DNA from: Candidatus Omnitrophota bacterium
Lineage (GTDB): Bacteria; Omnitrophota; Omnitrophia; Omnitrophales; JACROU01
Direction of reading: 5' to 3'
DNA: 64,000 bases
NCBI GenBank assembly: GCA_029261035.1
Contig: JAJDCD010000008.1
Location: forward strand, 98,313-162,312
Both the position numbers and the translations under genes were made by a program. Below, in pieces: positions 49,288-58,729 of the stretch. Each line of letters starts with the position of its first letter. Positions within the stretch are counted from its first letter, which is position 1. Below the pieces are notes generated by a model that worked only from the letters and a program-made list of their open reading frames with translations, searched no databases and was not told the origin of the DNA.

Positions 49288-50088
49288 CTACCACTCAAAA
49301 TGCCTTAAATCCATTTCAGGCTTTAAAGCTTGTATTTTTATTAATGTTTCAATCCCTATATCCAAATGTTTCTGTGCATATGTAGAAAAAACCTCTTTCG
49401 AACTCTGCAATGTTTTTATTCCCTTTTTCTTTAGTGGTAGATCAGAAACCAAAAGCAAAGCACCTATGGGAATCTTCTTTTTAAAACCCGCAATAAATAA
49501 AGTAGAACATTCCATCTCAATACCCATTGCTTTCTCATCTTTCAAGGATATTTTGAATTTTTGATCAAATTCCCAAAAACGATAATCTGTACTATGAATC
49601 ACACCCGTTTTAAACTTAACATTCCACTTCGATAAAACTTCAGATAAAATCATCTGGATTTTAAATGTTGGAAGTGCTGGAACACGTTTTGGCATATAAA
49701 ATTCACTTGTTCCTTCATTTCGAATCGCGGCCATTGGCAAAATAAACTCGCCCTTCTTCACCTGAGGATGAAGCCCTCCACACATCCCCAACATCAATAC
49801 TGTTTTAGGTTGTACGTACGAAAGAATATCAATCACAAGTGCTGCAGTTGGAGCTCCCATTCTAAAATTGACCATACTTATCTTACGGTCAGGATCGTGA
49901 GCAACATCCATAATGCTTCCATGGGTGACTGACACATTCTTTTGCTTAACAAATAAATCAAAATAGTAATTAAAATTGGTAAGCAAAACAAAAGAGTGAA
50001 ATTCTTTAGACGAAGACCCTGTATATCTTTTCAGCATTTGCAATGCGATATCACGGCGATTTTCACTTGGAGGAGTTTTTACGTTCAT
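49288..50088 (-). CDS. amn: AMP nucleosidase (short type)
   Basis: L.RYTG...LLTNF, MGAPTAA, LGMCGGL, AAIRNEGTS, DYRFWE, EMECSTLF, LLVSDLP. Confidence 0.88.
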   Translation of the reverse strand: MNVKTPPSENRRDIALQMLKRYTGSSSKEFHSFVLLTNFNYYFDLFVKQKNVSVTHGSIMDVAHDPDRKISMVNFRMGAPTAALVIDILSYVQPKTVLMLGMCGGLHPQVKKGEFILPMAAIRNEGTSEFYMPKRVPALPTFKIQMILSEVLSKWNVKFKTGVIHSTDYRFWEFDQKFKISLKDEKAMGIEMECSTLFIAGFKKKIPIGALLLVSDLPLKKKGIKTLQSSKEVFSTYAQKHLDIGIETLIKIQALKPEMDLRHFEW

Positions 50089-50146
50089 TAAGCACCTTGA
50101 GATCAAAAACGTATTAGAATAAAATAATTAATCTATTTAAAAAATT

Positions 50147-50560
50147 TTACTGAATTACATCTGTTAAGGCAACAACTCGACGAACTTTGCTTTCACGGAT
50201 TACATCCATTATTTCAATAATTTTTCCATAAGAAACATCTTGATCCGCTTTCAAAACCACTGAGGCTTCAGTATTATTTTGAGCAATTTTTTTAAGCTCT
50301 ACTAATAAACCCTGACTTAATAACTGGCGATCATTAAGAAAGATAACCCCTTCTTTGTTAAGGGTTACAACGAACTCTTCAACCTGTCCAGAAGTAGCAG
50401 TTTTCGACTCAGGTAAATCCACCTGCAATGCTGGCTGTTCAACAAATGTCGTTGTAACAACAAAAAACAACAAAAGCATAAACATAACATCAATCAAAGA
50501 AGTAATATTTACCTGAGCTTTCCTTCGATTTCTTTTATAAGTATTAACTTCACTTAACAT
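50147..50560 (-). CDS. exbD: ExbD/TolR biopolymer transporter
   Basis: NITSLIDVMFMLLLFFVV with conserved Asp; VDLP; LKADQDV.YG. Confidence 0.92.
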   Translation of the reverse strand: MLSEVNTYKRNRRKAQVNITSLIDVMFMLLLFFVVTTTFVEQPALQVDLPESKTATSGQVEEFVVTLNKEGVIFLNDRQLLSQGLLVELKKIAQNNTEASVVLKADQDVSYGKIIEIMDVIRESKVRRVVALTDVIQ

Positions 50561-51158
50561 AGAGAGGCTTTAATTTTAAGATATAACGCTGACAATTTGT
50601 GTCTAATAAATGAATTAAAGAATCAACTTTTCTAGAAAAAATACCATAAGCTACTAAAGCGGGTACAGCAACCATCAAACCTCCAATAGTTGTCAGCAAG
50701 GCTTTTGAAATCCCAGAAGAAAAAACACTCGCCTGTCCGACACCTTGATTAACTATCGTATTAAATACATCAACCATACCTAAAACAGTTCCCAGAAGAC
50801 CCAATAAGGGCGCCACAGCAGCTATAATAGATAGACCTTCCAGACCCTTTTCTAGAAGATAAACCTCTTTATTTAAAAAAGTAGCTAAAAGTCTATTTTG
50901 AACGGATGATTCCTCACCTCTATTCTTGTGCAAAGAAGTAAGAATCGTCGCTAAAGCACTGGGGTAAAGCCTTATTTGCTCCGAGATATCTTCAGTGTTC
51001 TCTTGGTGGTATAAAAGTTGACAAAGAGCTGAGGGAGCAATTTTTTCTTCCTGCAATTGAATCAGCCGATCAATAATAATCGTCACTAAAAAAACAGAAC
51101 AAACAAACAGTGGAAACATCATAAAACCACCCTGACTTACATACCTTATAACATCCAT
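50550..51158 (-). CDS. exbB: ExbB/TolQ/MotA proton channel protein
   Basis: GGFMMFPL, APLLGLLGTV.GM, GISKALLTT.GGL.VAVPA. Confidence 0.92.
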   Translation of the reverse strand: MDVIRYVSQGGFMMFPLFVCSVFLVTIIIDRLIQLQEEKIAPSALCQLLYHQENTEDISEQIRLYPSALATILTSLHKNRGEESSVQNRLLATFLNKEVYLLEKGLEGLSIIAAVAPLLGLLGTVLGMVDVFNTIVNQGVGQASVFSSGISKALLTTIGGLMVAVPALVAYGIFSRKVDSLIHLLDTNCQRYILKLKPLYVK

Positions 51159-51168
51159 AAAAAATCTC

Positions 51169-52146
51169 CTAATTGTAAAGAAATGTAAAAACAACTGCTA
51201 AATAATTCTCATCTAACTCTTCTAATATTTCATTGGGCAATCTCGGAAATGGAGAAGCTTTCTTAATTGAGGCCCTAGAAAAATCTTTAACAAACTCTTC
51301 CCCATCAGAGTAAAGAACATAAACTCCAGGAACAGATCCATCTTGATAAACTCGATATTGTACAACGACTTTGCTAGGCTTAAAACTATTGAATTTTAAA
51401 CTCACAAATGGAAACCAAGCCTCAAAAATCTGCCCTCTCATTAAGGCTAAATATGGTGCTAATATATTTTCCTTAGTCTCCAAAGAAAGTTTGCCCACTT
51501 GCTCTACCTCAGCCCCTAAATTCTTAAGCATTTTATTCATGCGAGCCTGACTTTCAGGGGACGCAACCTTTTTCTCTATAGGAGGAGCCTTCTTCCGTTC
51601 TTCTTTAGGCACTTCAAGTTTTCTTATCCCTAACAAATCTTCTTCTTTCTCTTTCTTCAGAAGTTCTTTTTCAAATTCCTTTAATCGATCGTATTCTTTT
51701 TGTAAATCCTCTAATTCTTCCTCAAGCTCTTTTTCTTTCTCATTAAGCTCTTCTGCTTTCTGAGGGATTTGCTCCGGGCTTTCAAGCAAAGAAACCAAAG
51801 AACCATCAAGAGTTCTCCCATTGCTATTTTCCAACGACGGAGTTATTCCATCGCCCTCAAGCTCAGGGGTAAATGAATCTCCCAATTGTTCCTTTTCAGA
51901 ACTTGCTTTTGAATTTTGCTGACTAATATATTTTTCTCTATCATTATCTAGCATTGTCTCATCCTTCTCTTTCTTAGAGTCTACAAACTCTAAAACAACA
52001 GACTTTTCTTGAGGAGGATTCAACCATTTAAAAGACAATGAATTCAAATAAGAAAGAGTAATATCACTTGCGAAAATAGCCCCTATGTGTAAAAACAAAG
52101 AAATAAATAACGCTATAAGAAAAAATCGGTTTTCTTTATGCAGCAT
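51169..52146 (-). CDS. TonB/TolA-like energy transducer
   Basis: N-terminal TM with SLFLH (SxxxH), charged linker, C-terminal Y...I...W...DG.V...ASPFPRLP. Confidence 0.78.
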   Translation of the reverse strand: MLHKENRFFLIALFISLFLHIGAIFASDITLSYLNSLSFKWLNPPQEKSVVLEFVDSKKEKDETMLDNDREKYISQQNSKASSEKEQLGDSFTPELEGDGITPSLENSNGRTLDGSLVSLLESPEQIPQKAEELNEKEKELEEELEDLQKEYDRLKEFEKELLKKEKEEDLLGIRKLEVPKEERKKAPPIEKKVASPESQARMNKMLKNLGAEVEQVGKLSLETKENILAPYLALMRGQIFEAWFPFVSLKFNSFKPSKVVVQYRVYQDGSVPGVYVLYSDGEEFVKDFSRASIKKASPFPRLPNEILEELDENYLAVVFTFLYN

Positions 52147-52816
52147 GGCTCGTGAAATTTATTTTAATTAAATCGGATTGAAAATTAATTGAAGGACTAA
52201 ACCAATTACCATTAAGCGAAAAACTTATTTGTTTTTTTGTACTCAAATTGTCATTAAACAAGTTTTCTGAGATGAAATTAGGTAAAACTTTAAGGAAATC
52301 ATCTTGCACAAAAAGAGAGAAATAAAGATCAAGGTTTTTCTTTTGCTGCATGCTCCCAGCTAGAAAAATATCACCCATATCTCCAGACAATCTCAAATAT
52401 TTAAAATTAATTTTTTTATCTGGAGAAAATAAGACTGTTGTGTCCAGATCATCAAATTGGAGTTGTTCTAAATCTACAGGGCTATTATTAAATATCGACT
52501 TTGCTTCTAAAAGAATATTACGAGCATATATGCTCAAACTAATCTGACCTGCTAATAATTCTAATACATTATACTGAACAGAGGCTTTACCTACATTAAT
52601 TTCAGTAAATCCTTCTTTTTTAATTGTCAGTTGATCAAATGTGACTTTTGTAAAACTAGAGTTTTCTTTTTTTAGATAGGAAATAGATATCTCACCTTTT
52701 TGTTCTAAAAGAAAAACTAGCAGTGAACTTGTAGCATAAGGAAGAAGGTAACAAAAACTCCATAACAAAACTAAACTAAAAAGACTTATTGTAAAACATC
52801 TTCTAATATTAATCAT
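52136..52816 (-). CDS. Membrane-anchored beta-rich protein (GspN/AsmA-like, tentative)
   Basis: N-terminal TM, amphipathic beta pattern, C-terminal ISFSLNGNWFSPSI. Confidence 0.5.
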   Translation of the reverse strand: MINIRRCFTISLFSLVLLWSFCYLLPYATSSLLVFLLEQKGEISISYLKKENSSFTKVTFDQLTIKKEGFTEINVGKASVQYNVLELLAGQISLSIYARNILLEAKSIFNNSPVDLEQLQFDDLDTTVLFSPDKKINFKYLRLSGDMGDIFLAGSMQQKKNLDLYFSLFVQDDFLKVLPNFISENLFNDNLSTKKQISFSLNGNWFSPSINFQSDLIKINFTSHAA

Positions 52817-52865
52817 GTGGAGGTTCTATTACCTTCCTTTCTTATGAATCGGAATGGTCTTAAAT

Positions 52866-53510
52866 CTAGGAATCTATTGTTCTTGGAGAAATTAGAATTT
52901 CCACCCTTCTATTTTTCGCCTTATTTTCACGTGAATCATTAGCTACAACAGGACTAAACTCCCCGTAGCCAGCAACAACAAACTGCTTCGGATTCAATTT
53001 TACTGAACCTAAAAAGTAATGAACCACTTCTAATGCTCGAGCTGTTGAAAGCTCAAAGTTCGATTTGAACCCAGAGTAACGAATAGGGTCGGCGTCCGTA
53101 TGCCCTTCAACAAACACCCTATTTTCAGGAGTAAGTTCTGAAATCACAGTAGCAACTTCATTTAAAGATCCTAAAGCCGAAGATTTTAATGTTGCCTTGC
53201 CAGAATCAAATAAAATTTGATCCAACAATGTAACAACCAAGCCACGAGCACCTAACTTAACAGAAAAATCATTAGCACTCAGCTGCTCTTTCAATTTTGC
53301 TTCTAACTCATCTCTTACTTGCTGTAAATCAACTTCCGATTTACGAACATCGTCCACTTCTTGATTTAATAATGAAATTTCATTAAGTAATCGTTGAATC
53401 ATATCCGCTTGCTGCTTATTTACATTCTCAAGTTCTTTAGTGCTTGCACAACCCGTCACAAGAGAAGAAAACAATAAAACTGAAAATAAAAACAAAATAG
53501 TCTTTTTCAT
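52866..53510 (-). CDS. OmpA/MotB-C peptidoglycan-binding lipoprotein
   Basis: Lipobox VTGC, coiled coil, LFDSGKA, VEGHTD, NFELSTARA, GYGEFSP, NRRVEI. Confidence 0.9.
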   Translation of the reverse strand: MKKTILFLFSVLLFSSLVTGCASTKELENVNKQQADMIQRLLNEISLLNQEVDDVRKSEVDLQQVRDELEAKLKEQLSANDFSVKLGARGLVVTLLDQILFDSGKATLKSSALGSLNEVATVISELTPENRVFVEGHTDADPIRYSGFKSNFELSTARALEVVHYFLGSVKLNPKQFVVAGYGEFSPVVANDSRENKAKNRRVEILISPRTIDS

Positions 53511-53563
53511 AAAAAACACCTCTACGTTCTATTAGAAGCACCCTACCAAATGGGAATTTCTAA

Positions 53564-53689
53564 TTAAGTTAAAAATCGAATTAAACACAACAAAGAAATT
53601 ATTGCCATCAAAAAGGATAGTACGAGTAGAAAAATAAAAACCTTTGGCAAATCCACTTTCTCTTCGGGAGCTTTAATTTTAATAGCCAT
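53564..53689 (-). CDS. 41-aa single-TM small protein
   Basis: AAGGAG SD 7 nt before ATG; MAIKIKAPEEKVDLPKVFIFLLVLSFLMAIISLLCLIRFLT*. Confidence 0.6.
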   Translation of the reverse strand: MAIKIKAPEEKVDLPKVFIFLLVLSFLMAIISLLCLIRFLT

Positions 53690-53702
53690 TGATTTTCTCC
53701 TT

Positions 53703-55199
53703 TTAAATTGCTCTATCTTCTCGAATTCTTCTTTCCATCACATTCATAAATGCCTCTACAACATCAGGATCAAACTGACTCCCTGCATTTCCTTCAATTT
53801 CTCGAATTGCCTCTGTAGGCATCATCGGCTTCCTATAAGTTCGCTTTGAAATCATTGCTACATAAGAATCAACAACAGCAACAATTCTTGCTCCCATCGG
53901 AATTTCAGACTCTTTCAAACCATCAGGATAACCTTTACCATCATGACGTTCGTGATGATGTAAAATAATGGGTATCAAGGGCCTTAAAGACGGAATCTTT
54001 TTTAGTATCTCAGCGCCTAATTTAGGATGTTTTTTTATTTTATCCAGCTCAGTCCGAGTTAACTCAGACTCTTTTTCTAAAATATCCTTAGGAGTTCCAA
54101 CATGCCCAGCATCTAACAAGTACGTCGCTCTATATACATGCGTCAACTCTTCACTTCTAAGATTTAGTTCTTTCCCTACTTCAAAGGCTAAATCTCCTAG
54201 AAGCTTGTGATGCTTTTGGTTAACATTATAGCCTAAATTCATCAATTCGTTTATTGTTTTAATACTCCCTAGAGTCAATTCTTCACTTTCTTCGTATAAT
54301 TGAGCATTCTTAATGGCTACAACGGCCTGCTCAGACAACGTCTTTAAAATCTCTAAGTCAGCCTCTCCAAAGGAATTATTACTAATTTTATTATGTACGG
54401 AAATAACGCCTACAAGATCATCTTCAAAAAGAGGTACCGCAATACATTTTGAGCTGGAAAAGAATTCACTCGTCGCTCCGACTTTACCCTCAACCCCATG
54501 TCCAATGCGATGCTTAATGTGCTTTTTAGATCCAGAGTCACCCAAAACCACCTTAGGCACCAAATACTTCCCTGTAGAATCTACTAACATTACCGTACAA
54601 CCTTTAGCTTTTAATACTTGGGCACATAGCCTAGCAATTCTCGGCAGCAAATCGTCTAACCTAAGAGATGAGCGTATTACACGATGTAAAGAATGGAGGG
54701 TTGATAAAGCTAAAGCTCTAGGGTGAACGGTTTCATAAACATTATTCAATTCGTAATTTTTATAAGCAAGTTGAACTAAAGTATTTAAATAATTACTAAA
54801 AGCATTAAACAAATCCTTTTTCTTGCTTAAGCGAGGCGCTGCTACTAAAACAACATAACCCTTAACTTGATTTAGATAAGTCAAAGAAAGAGAAACACAA
54901 TTTAAACCCTTTAAAGAAAATTCATACGGATAGTTCTCTTGTATTTTAGCCCTATGTTCTATGACTGTGTCATAAATAGCATCTTTATACTCTTTTTGTT
55001 GTTTACGAGAACCTGTCTTGGAAGGCCAAACTTTTTTACAACATAAAGTTTTCATTTTTTGAACGGGCTCATCTGAAGTCAGAATCAACCACGCACAAAC
55101 GTCTCCAAATAAATGAAGAAACGACTCATACCCTTCTGTCCAATCTTCATTTTCAGAGAAAAACTTTTCTAATACATGTTTTGACTTCTTACTTGTCAT
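53703..55199 (-). CDS. GAF plus HD-GYP domain protein (HD dyad altered)
   Basis: GAF (IAVPL...VGVI.V.NK...F...DLEIL..L..QA.VAI.NAQLYE); HHERHDGKGYPDGL; LLDAG in place of LHDIG. Confidence 0.88.
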   Translation of the reverse strand: MTSKKSKHVLEKFFSENEDWTEGYESFLHLFGDVCAWLILTSDEPVQKMKTLCCKKVWPSKTGSRKQQKEYKDAIYDTVIEHRAKIQENYPYEFSLKGLNCVSLSLTYLNQVKGYVVLVAAPRLSKKKDLFNAFSNYLNTLVQLAYKNYELNNVYETVHPRALALSTLHSLHRVIRSSLRLDDLLPRIARLCAQVLKAKGCTVMLVDSTGKYLVPKVVLGDSGSKKHIKHRIGHGVEGKVGATSEFFSSSKCIAVPLFEDDLVGVISVHNKISNNSFGEADLEILKTLSEQAVVAIKNAQLYEESEELTLGSIKTINELMNLGYNVNQKHHKLLGDLAFEVGKELNLRSEELTHVYRATYLLDAGHVGTPKDILEKESELTRTELDKIKKHPKLGAEILKKIPSLRPLIPIILHHHERHDGKGYPDGLKESEIPMGARIVAVVDSYVAMISKRTYRKPMMPTEAIREIEGNAGSQFDPDVVEAFMNVMERRIREDRAI

Positions 55200-55385
55200 G
55201 TGACGGTCTCCTGATGCGGTCAATCAAAATAAGTCAACGCCAATTTTATCATAAAAAACTGAAGTAAGCGGAGCGGGATTTACAGCTAAACGTTAAATAT
55301 GAGACTGAAACAGTAAAAATCAACTCATTATGGCTTAATTTGACCTATTTTCAGATTCCACAAACTCATATCTAAGTATCTAGTT

Positions 55386-56498
55386 CTATACTCTTTCAAA
55401 AGGTTGGAATAGTTTGGAATATTCCTCAAGGGCAAAACGGTCCGTCATCCCTGAAAGGTAGTCACATATAGCACGATGGAGCCCTTCATTTTCAGACCGG
55501 CGTCTTACAAAATCAGGAAGCTGTCCAGGACACTCTTCATATACTCTAAAAATCTCTGCCAACAACCTCTTACCCTTATTTGTCATACGAACAACCCTGT
55601 AATGCTGATACAAATCTTTTTTGAGAAAATCTTGAAGTTCATTCTTTAACACATTAAAACCTTTAGAAAACGCAGCTACAGGTTCTGAAACTTTTTTTAA
55701 ATCCTCTAAACTTTTTATTTTAAAATTTTCTATATTCTTTTGTGTCTGCTCAAGCAAGTCTCCAACCATTCGATTCATCAGCATACGAATAACAAGACGG
55801 TTTCTATGGGATTGACTAATATCAGGATAGATCTTAAAAGTCTCTTTTAAAGACTCATTCCATATAGAGACATTCTCACATTGACCTGGGAGAATCAGTC
55901 CCGATCTAAGACCATCATCTAAATCATGGCAATCATAAGCAATTTCATCGCACAGATCAGATAGATTAGCTTCAAGAAAATAACACTCATCTTCATGTTT
56001 TTGTAAACCCAGCCTAACTTCATATGTTAAATTCAATCCATGAAAATCAGGATAACTATCCTCTAAAACCTCAACCACTCGTAAGCTCTGTTTATTGTGC
56101 TCAAAACCACCGTGATCACGCATCAACTCATAAAGAGCGTCCTCGCCAGCATGGCCAAAAGGGCCGTGCCCTAAATCATGAGCCAAAGCTATCGCTTCGG
56201 TCAAGTCTTCATTAAGTCTTAATGCTCTAGATAAAGTTTTAGCAATTTGGGAAACTTCCAAGGTGTGTGTTAAACGAGTTCTATAATGATCCCCTTCGTG
56301 ATTAACAAAAACTTGTGTTTTGTATTCTAGACGACGAAAAGCAGAGCTATGAATAACACGGTCACGATCCCGCTGAAAAACAGTTCTCAAATCATGCTCA
56401 GGTTCTTTAAATTGACGCCCCTGACTTTCGGAACTTCTCATCGCATAAGGTGCCAATGATTGATTTTCTTTTTCTTCTAAATAGCTTCTAACGCTCAT
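55386..56498 (-). CDS. dgt: dGTP triphosphohydrolase-like protein
   Basis: FQRDRDR..HSSAFRRL..KTQVF, RTRLTH, HDLGHGPFGHAGE, DYLSGMTD. Confidence 0.96.
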   Translation of the reverse strand: MSVRSYLEEKENQSLAPYAMRSSESQGRQFKEPEHDLRTVFQRDRDRVIHSSAFRRLEYKTQVFVNHEGDHYRTRLTHTLEVSQIAKTLSRALRLNEDLTEAIALAHDLGHGPFGHAGEDALYELMRDHGGFEHNKQSLRVVEVLEDSYPDFHGLNLTYEVRLGLQKHEDECYFLEANLSDLCDEIAYDCHDLDDGLRSGLILPGQCENVSIWNESLKETFKIYPDISQSHRNRLVIRMLMNRMVGDLLEQTQKNIENFKIKSLEDLKKVSEPVAAFSKGFNVLKNELQDFLKKDLYQHYRVVRMTNKGKRLLAEIFRVYEECPGQLPDFVRRRSENEGLHRAICDYLSGMTDRFALEEYSKLFQPFERV

Positions 56499-56532
56499 AC
56501 ATTACCACTTTCATTAAAATATGGATTCATAC

Positions 56533-58161
56533 TTAAATAATAACTTTTGGACGTTCGTAAACATCAAGCAAACGGTTAAGGCTTTTCAAATCCCAAACAC
56601 TAATTTTAGCATTTTTAGCCATTAGAATTGCATTCAAATCAATCCCTCCTAAAGCTACCATAATCTTCCTTGCACCTTTCGTTTTTTCTTCTTTTGTCTC
56701 ATTAAGAAAAAAATGAATGTCATCTTCTTTTATTGGATCATTCGATATTTGGCAAATCCAAGATCCTTTAGCGGCCAGTCCCTTGACAGGAAAAATGCGC
56801 CCATTAGAAGTCTTTGAAACCACTCGATCAAAAGCAGTGCAAATCAACTTACTCGAACCTATTTGCACAACCTCCCCCCTAAACTGAGAAAACAACTCTT
56901 CAACTCGTTGAGGAATATCTTTCTGTTGTTCCTGCAAGAAATGAGCATAGCTTAAATCCAATTGCCTAATAAAATACTGAGTCCTTCTCTCCATATCCGT
57001 CTCAACACCCAAAACTCCTACCATCACAACTTGTTTCAACCAAAATTTCAAGAGTAAATCAGAAATCAAAAAAATACGCCCTTCTTTATGAATCACTTCT
57101 TCATCCAATAAAAGCTGAAGACTCTTTTTTACATCAACCACTTTTCTCCCAAGATATTGAGCTAACCGAGAAATCTTCCTATGCCCTAATGCAATTCCAA
57201 CTAATATTTGTATGGGGTGTATTAAGTTCTTAGCTCTATGAGATAAAGTGTATAGACTCTCAAAATACTGATGTATCCGTCCAGAACTATTAAGAAGCTC
57301 ATCAACACAGGTCTGAAAGAAAATTTCTCTATCAAATATAGTCTTATTCCTTTGCTTTAAAAGCTCACACCCTCTTTCAAGCATAACGGACATATAAAAA
57401 GGATGGGAGTCCGTAAAATGAATTATAAAATTCTCTAAAGTCAAATCAAGTTGAAAAGGATGGATTTTACTCTTAACGTATTTCCTTGCAGAACTATAAT
57501 CCAATGTGGAAATTTCCAAGATTTCAAAATTACCAAAAAGTAAATTCAACTTTTCTCTAAAAACCGCCTTTGTTTTCAAAGGCTTAGAACTAGCAACAAC
57601 ATACATGGTATCTTTATCTACCATAATTTGCTTTCCTAAGGCTCCAAATGGATTTCTCAATGAAAGAGTGTCAATATAATTAAAAGCATCCAATACAAGG
57701 ATAATTTGGCATCCTGTCTCTTCACGGATAATATTAGGTAATTCAAGGACCTTTTTATAAGCCTCTTCTAATTGCTTCTTATTTACTAATTTTAAAGAAG
57801 CCCTCATATAATCAACTGTTTTAGGAACATATTTTTTTGCGGTTTGAATTAAACTAGTTACATCCCAAGGAATATTTTCATCTTTAAGTTTAAGCAAACT
57901 CATTAATGAACTAGCCATAAAGCGCTTAATAAATAACTCCAAAGAACCTTGAGGAACTTCTACAAAAATTGGAATCGTTTCTTTATCACTGGACTCTGAA
58001 ATGAACTGTCTAAGAATAGAGGACTTACCAACAGCAGGAGGACCCACAAGGGCCATGTTTTGACGATACCCTTTTTTAAAAGCAACTAGCCGTTTATTTA
58101 AAAGGGCCAACATATCTTCTCTTACTAAAAAATCAGAGCCCCAAACGGGATCAGTAGCCAT
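56533..58161 (-). CDS. Archaeal-type (STAND-like) ATPase with winged helix and nuclease-like C-terminal fold
   Basis: F..RE..L, Walker A GPPAVGKS, Walker B ILVLDAF, T..HPFY, I.D..LKFWL. Confidence 0.72.
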   Translation of the reverse strand: MATDPVWGSDFLVREDMLALLNKRLVAFKKGYRQNMALVGPPAVGKSSILRQFISESSDKETIPIFVEVPQGSLELFIKRFMASSLMSLLKLKDENIPWDVTSLIQTAKKYVPKTVDYMRASLKLVNKKQLEEAYKKVLELPNIIREETGCQIILVLDAFNYIDTLSLRNPFGALGKQIMVDKDTMYVVASSKPLKTKAVFREKLNLLFGNFEILEISTLDYSSARKYVKSKIHPFQLDLTLENFIIHFTDSHPFYMSVMLERGCELLKQRNKTIFDREIFFQTCVDELLNSSGRIHQYFESLYTLSHRAKNLIHPIQILVGIALGHRKISRLAQYLGRKVVDVKKSLQLLLDEEVIHKEGRIFLISDLLLKFWLKQVVMVGVLGVETDMERRTQYFIRQLDLSYAHFLQEQQKDIPQRVEELFSQFRGEVVQIGSSKLICTAFDRVVSKTSNGRIFPVKGLAAKGSWICQISNDPIKEDDIHFFLNETKEEKTKGARKIMVALGGIDLNAILMAKNAKISVWDLKSLNRLLDVYERPKVII

Positions 58162-58240
58162 ATAAACTCTTTAACTTTTATGGTTATTTTCTTAAAAACA
58201 TAAAATAACACGGATTTAAAATTATTAAAAAAGGGGTAAC

Positions 58241-58269
58241 TTTATACCAAATTAAGGCAAGATTATCAA
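58241..58269 (-). promoter_or_regulatory. Putative sigma70 promoter upstream of the ATPase-dgt genes
   Basis: Minus strand TTGATA-17 nt-TATAAA with TG-n extension. Confidence 0.4.
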
Positions 58270-58289
58270 TCGGAATTTTAATGAAGGAA

Positions 58290-58667
58290 TTAACCTGCAG
58301 AAACAGCTTTTTCAATCATATCGAGCAGAATCTTAGAATCAAAGGGTTTTTCTATAAATCCTTGTATGTTTTCTAATTCAAAGAGATCCCCTATCATCTT
58401 CTTACGCTTTGCTGTCAGTATAATTACGGGTAATTTTGCCGTATTTTCGTTCTTTCTCAGAGTCTTTAAAACAGTCAACCCATCCATACCAGGCATCATA
58501 ACATCCAATATCATTAGATCAGGATTAGACTCTTCAATCTTTTTCAAAGCTTCTTCTCCAGAACCCGCAGTGATCACCTCATACCCATTGGATTCTAAAC
58601 GAATCTGAACCACTTCTCTGATATCCTCTTCATCATCGACAAACAATACTTTTTTGCCAGCACTCAT
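58290..58667 (-). CDS. Single-domain response regulator
   Basis: VDDE, ILDVMMPGMDG, ILTA, EKPF. Confidence 0.94.
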   Translation of the reverse strand: MSAGKKVLFVDDEEDIREVVQIRLESNGYEVITAGSGEEALKKIEESNPDLMILDVMMPGMDGLTVLKTLRKNENTAKLPVIILTAKRKKMIGDLFELENIQGFIEKPFDSKILLDMIEKAVSAG

Positions 58668-58729
58668 AAGGACTCCCTATTAAATTCAAAAAATGTTATA
58701 TAACTTTATCGGCTATACAACATCGAACA

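Noticed and set aside
3349-55223. Long N-terminal extensions in the ORF track (starts at 4170, 7205, 8977, 13748, 30753, 31462, 35938, 51194, 55223)
   Set aside because: They overlap upstream genes or promoters; downstream ATGs fit SD position and family length better.
315-58608. All plus-strand ORFs of 60-137 aa in the track, and short nested minus-strand ORFs (8251-8490, 18398-18586, 21973-22224, 60387-60599, 61224-61409)
   Set aside because: They overlap well-supported genes as antisense or alternate-frame shadows, with no recognisable motifs.
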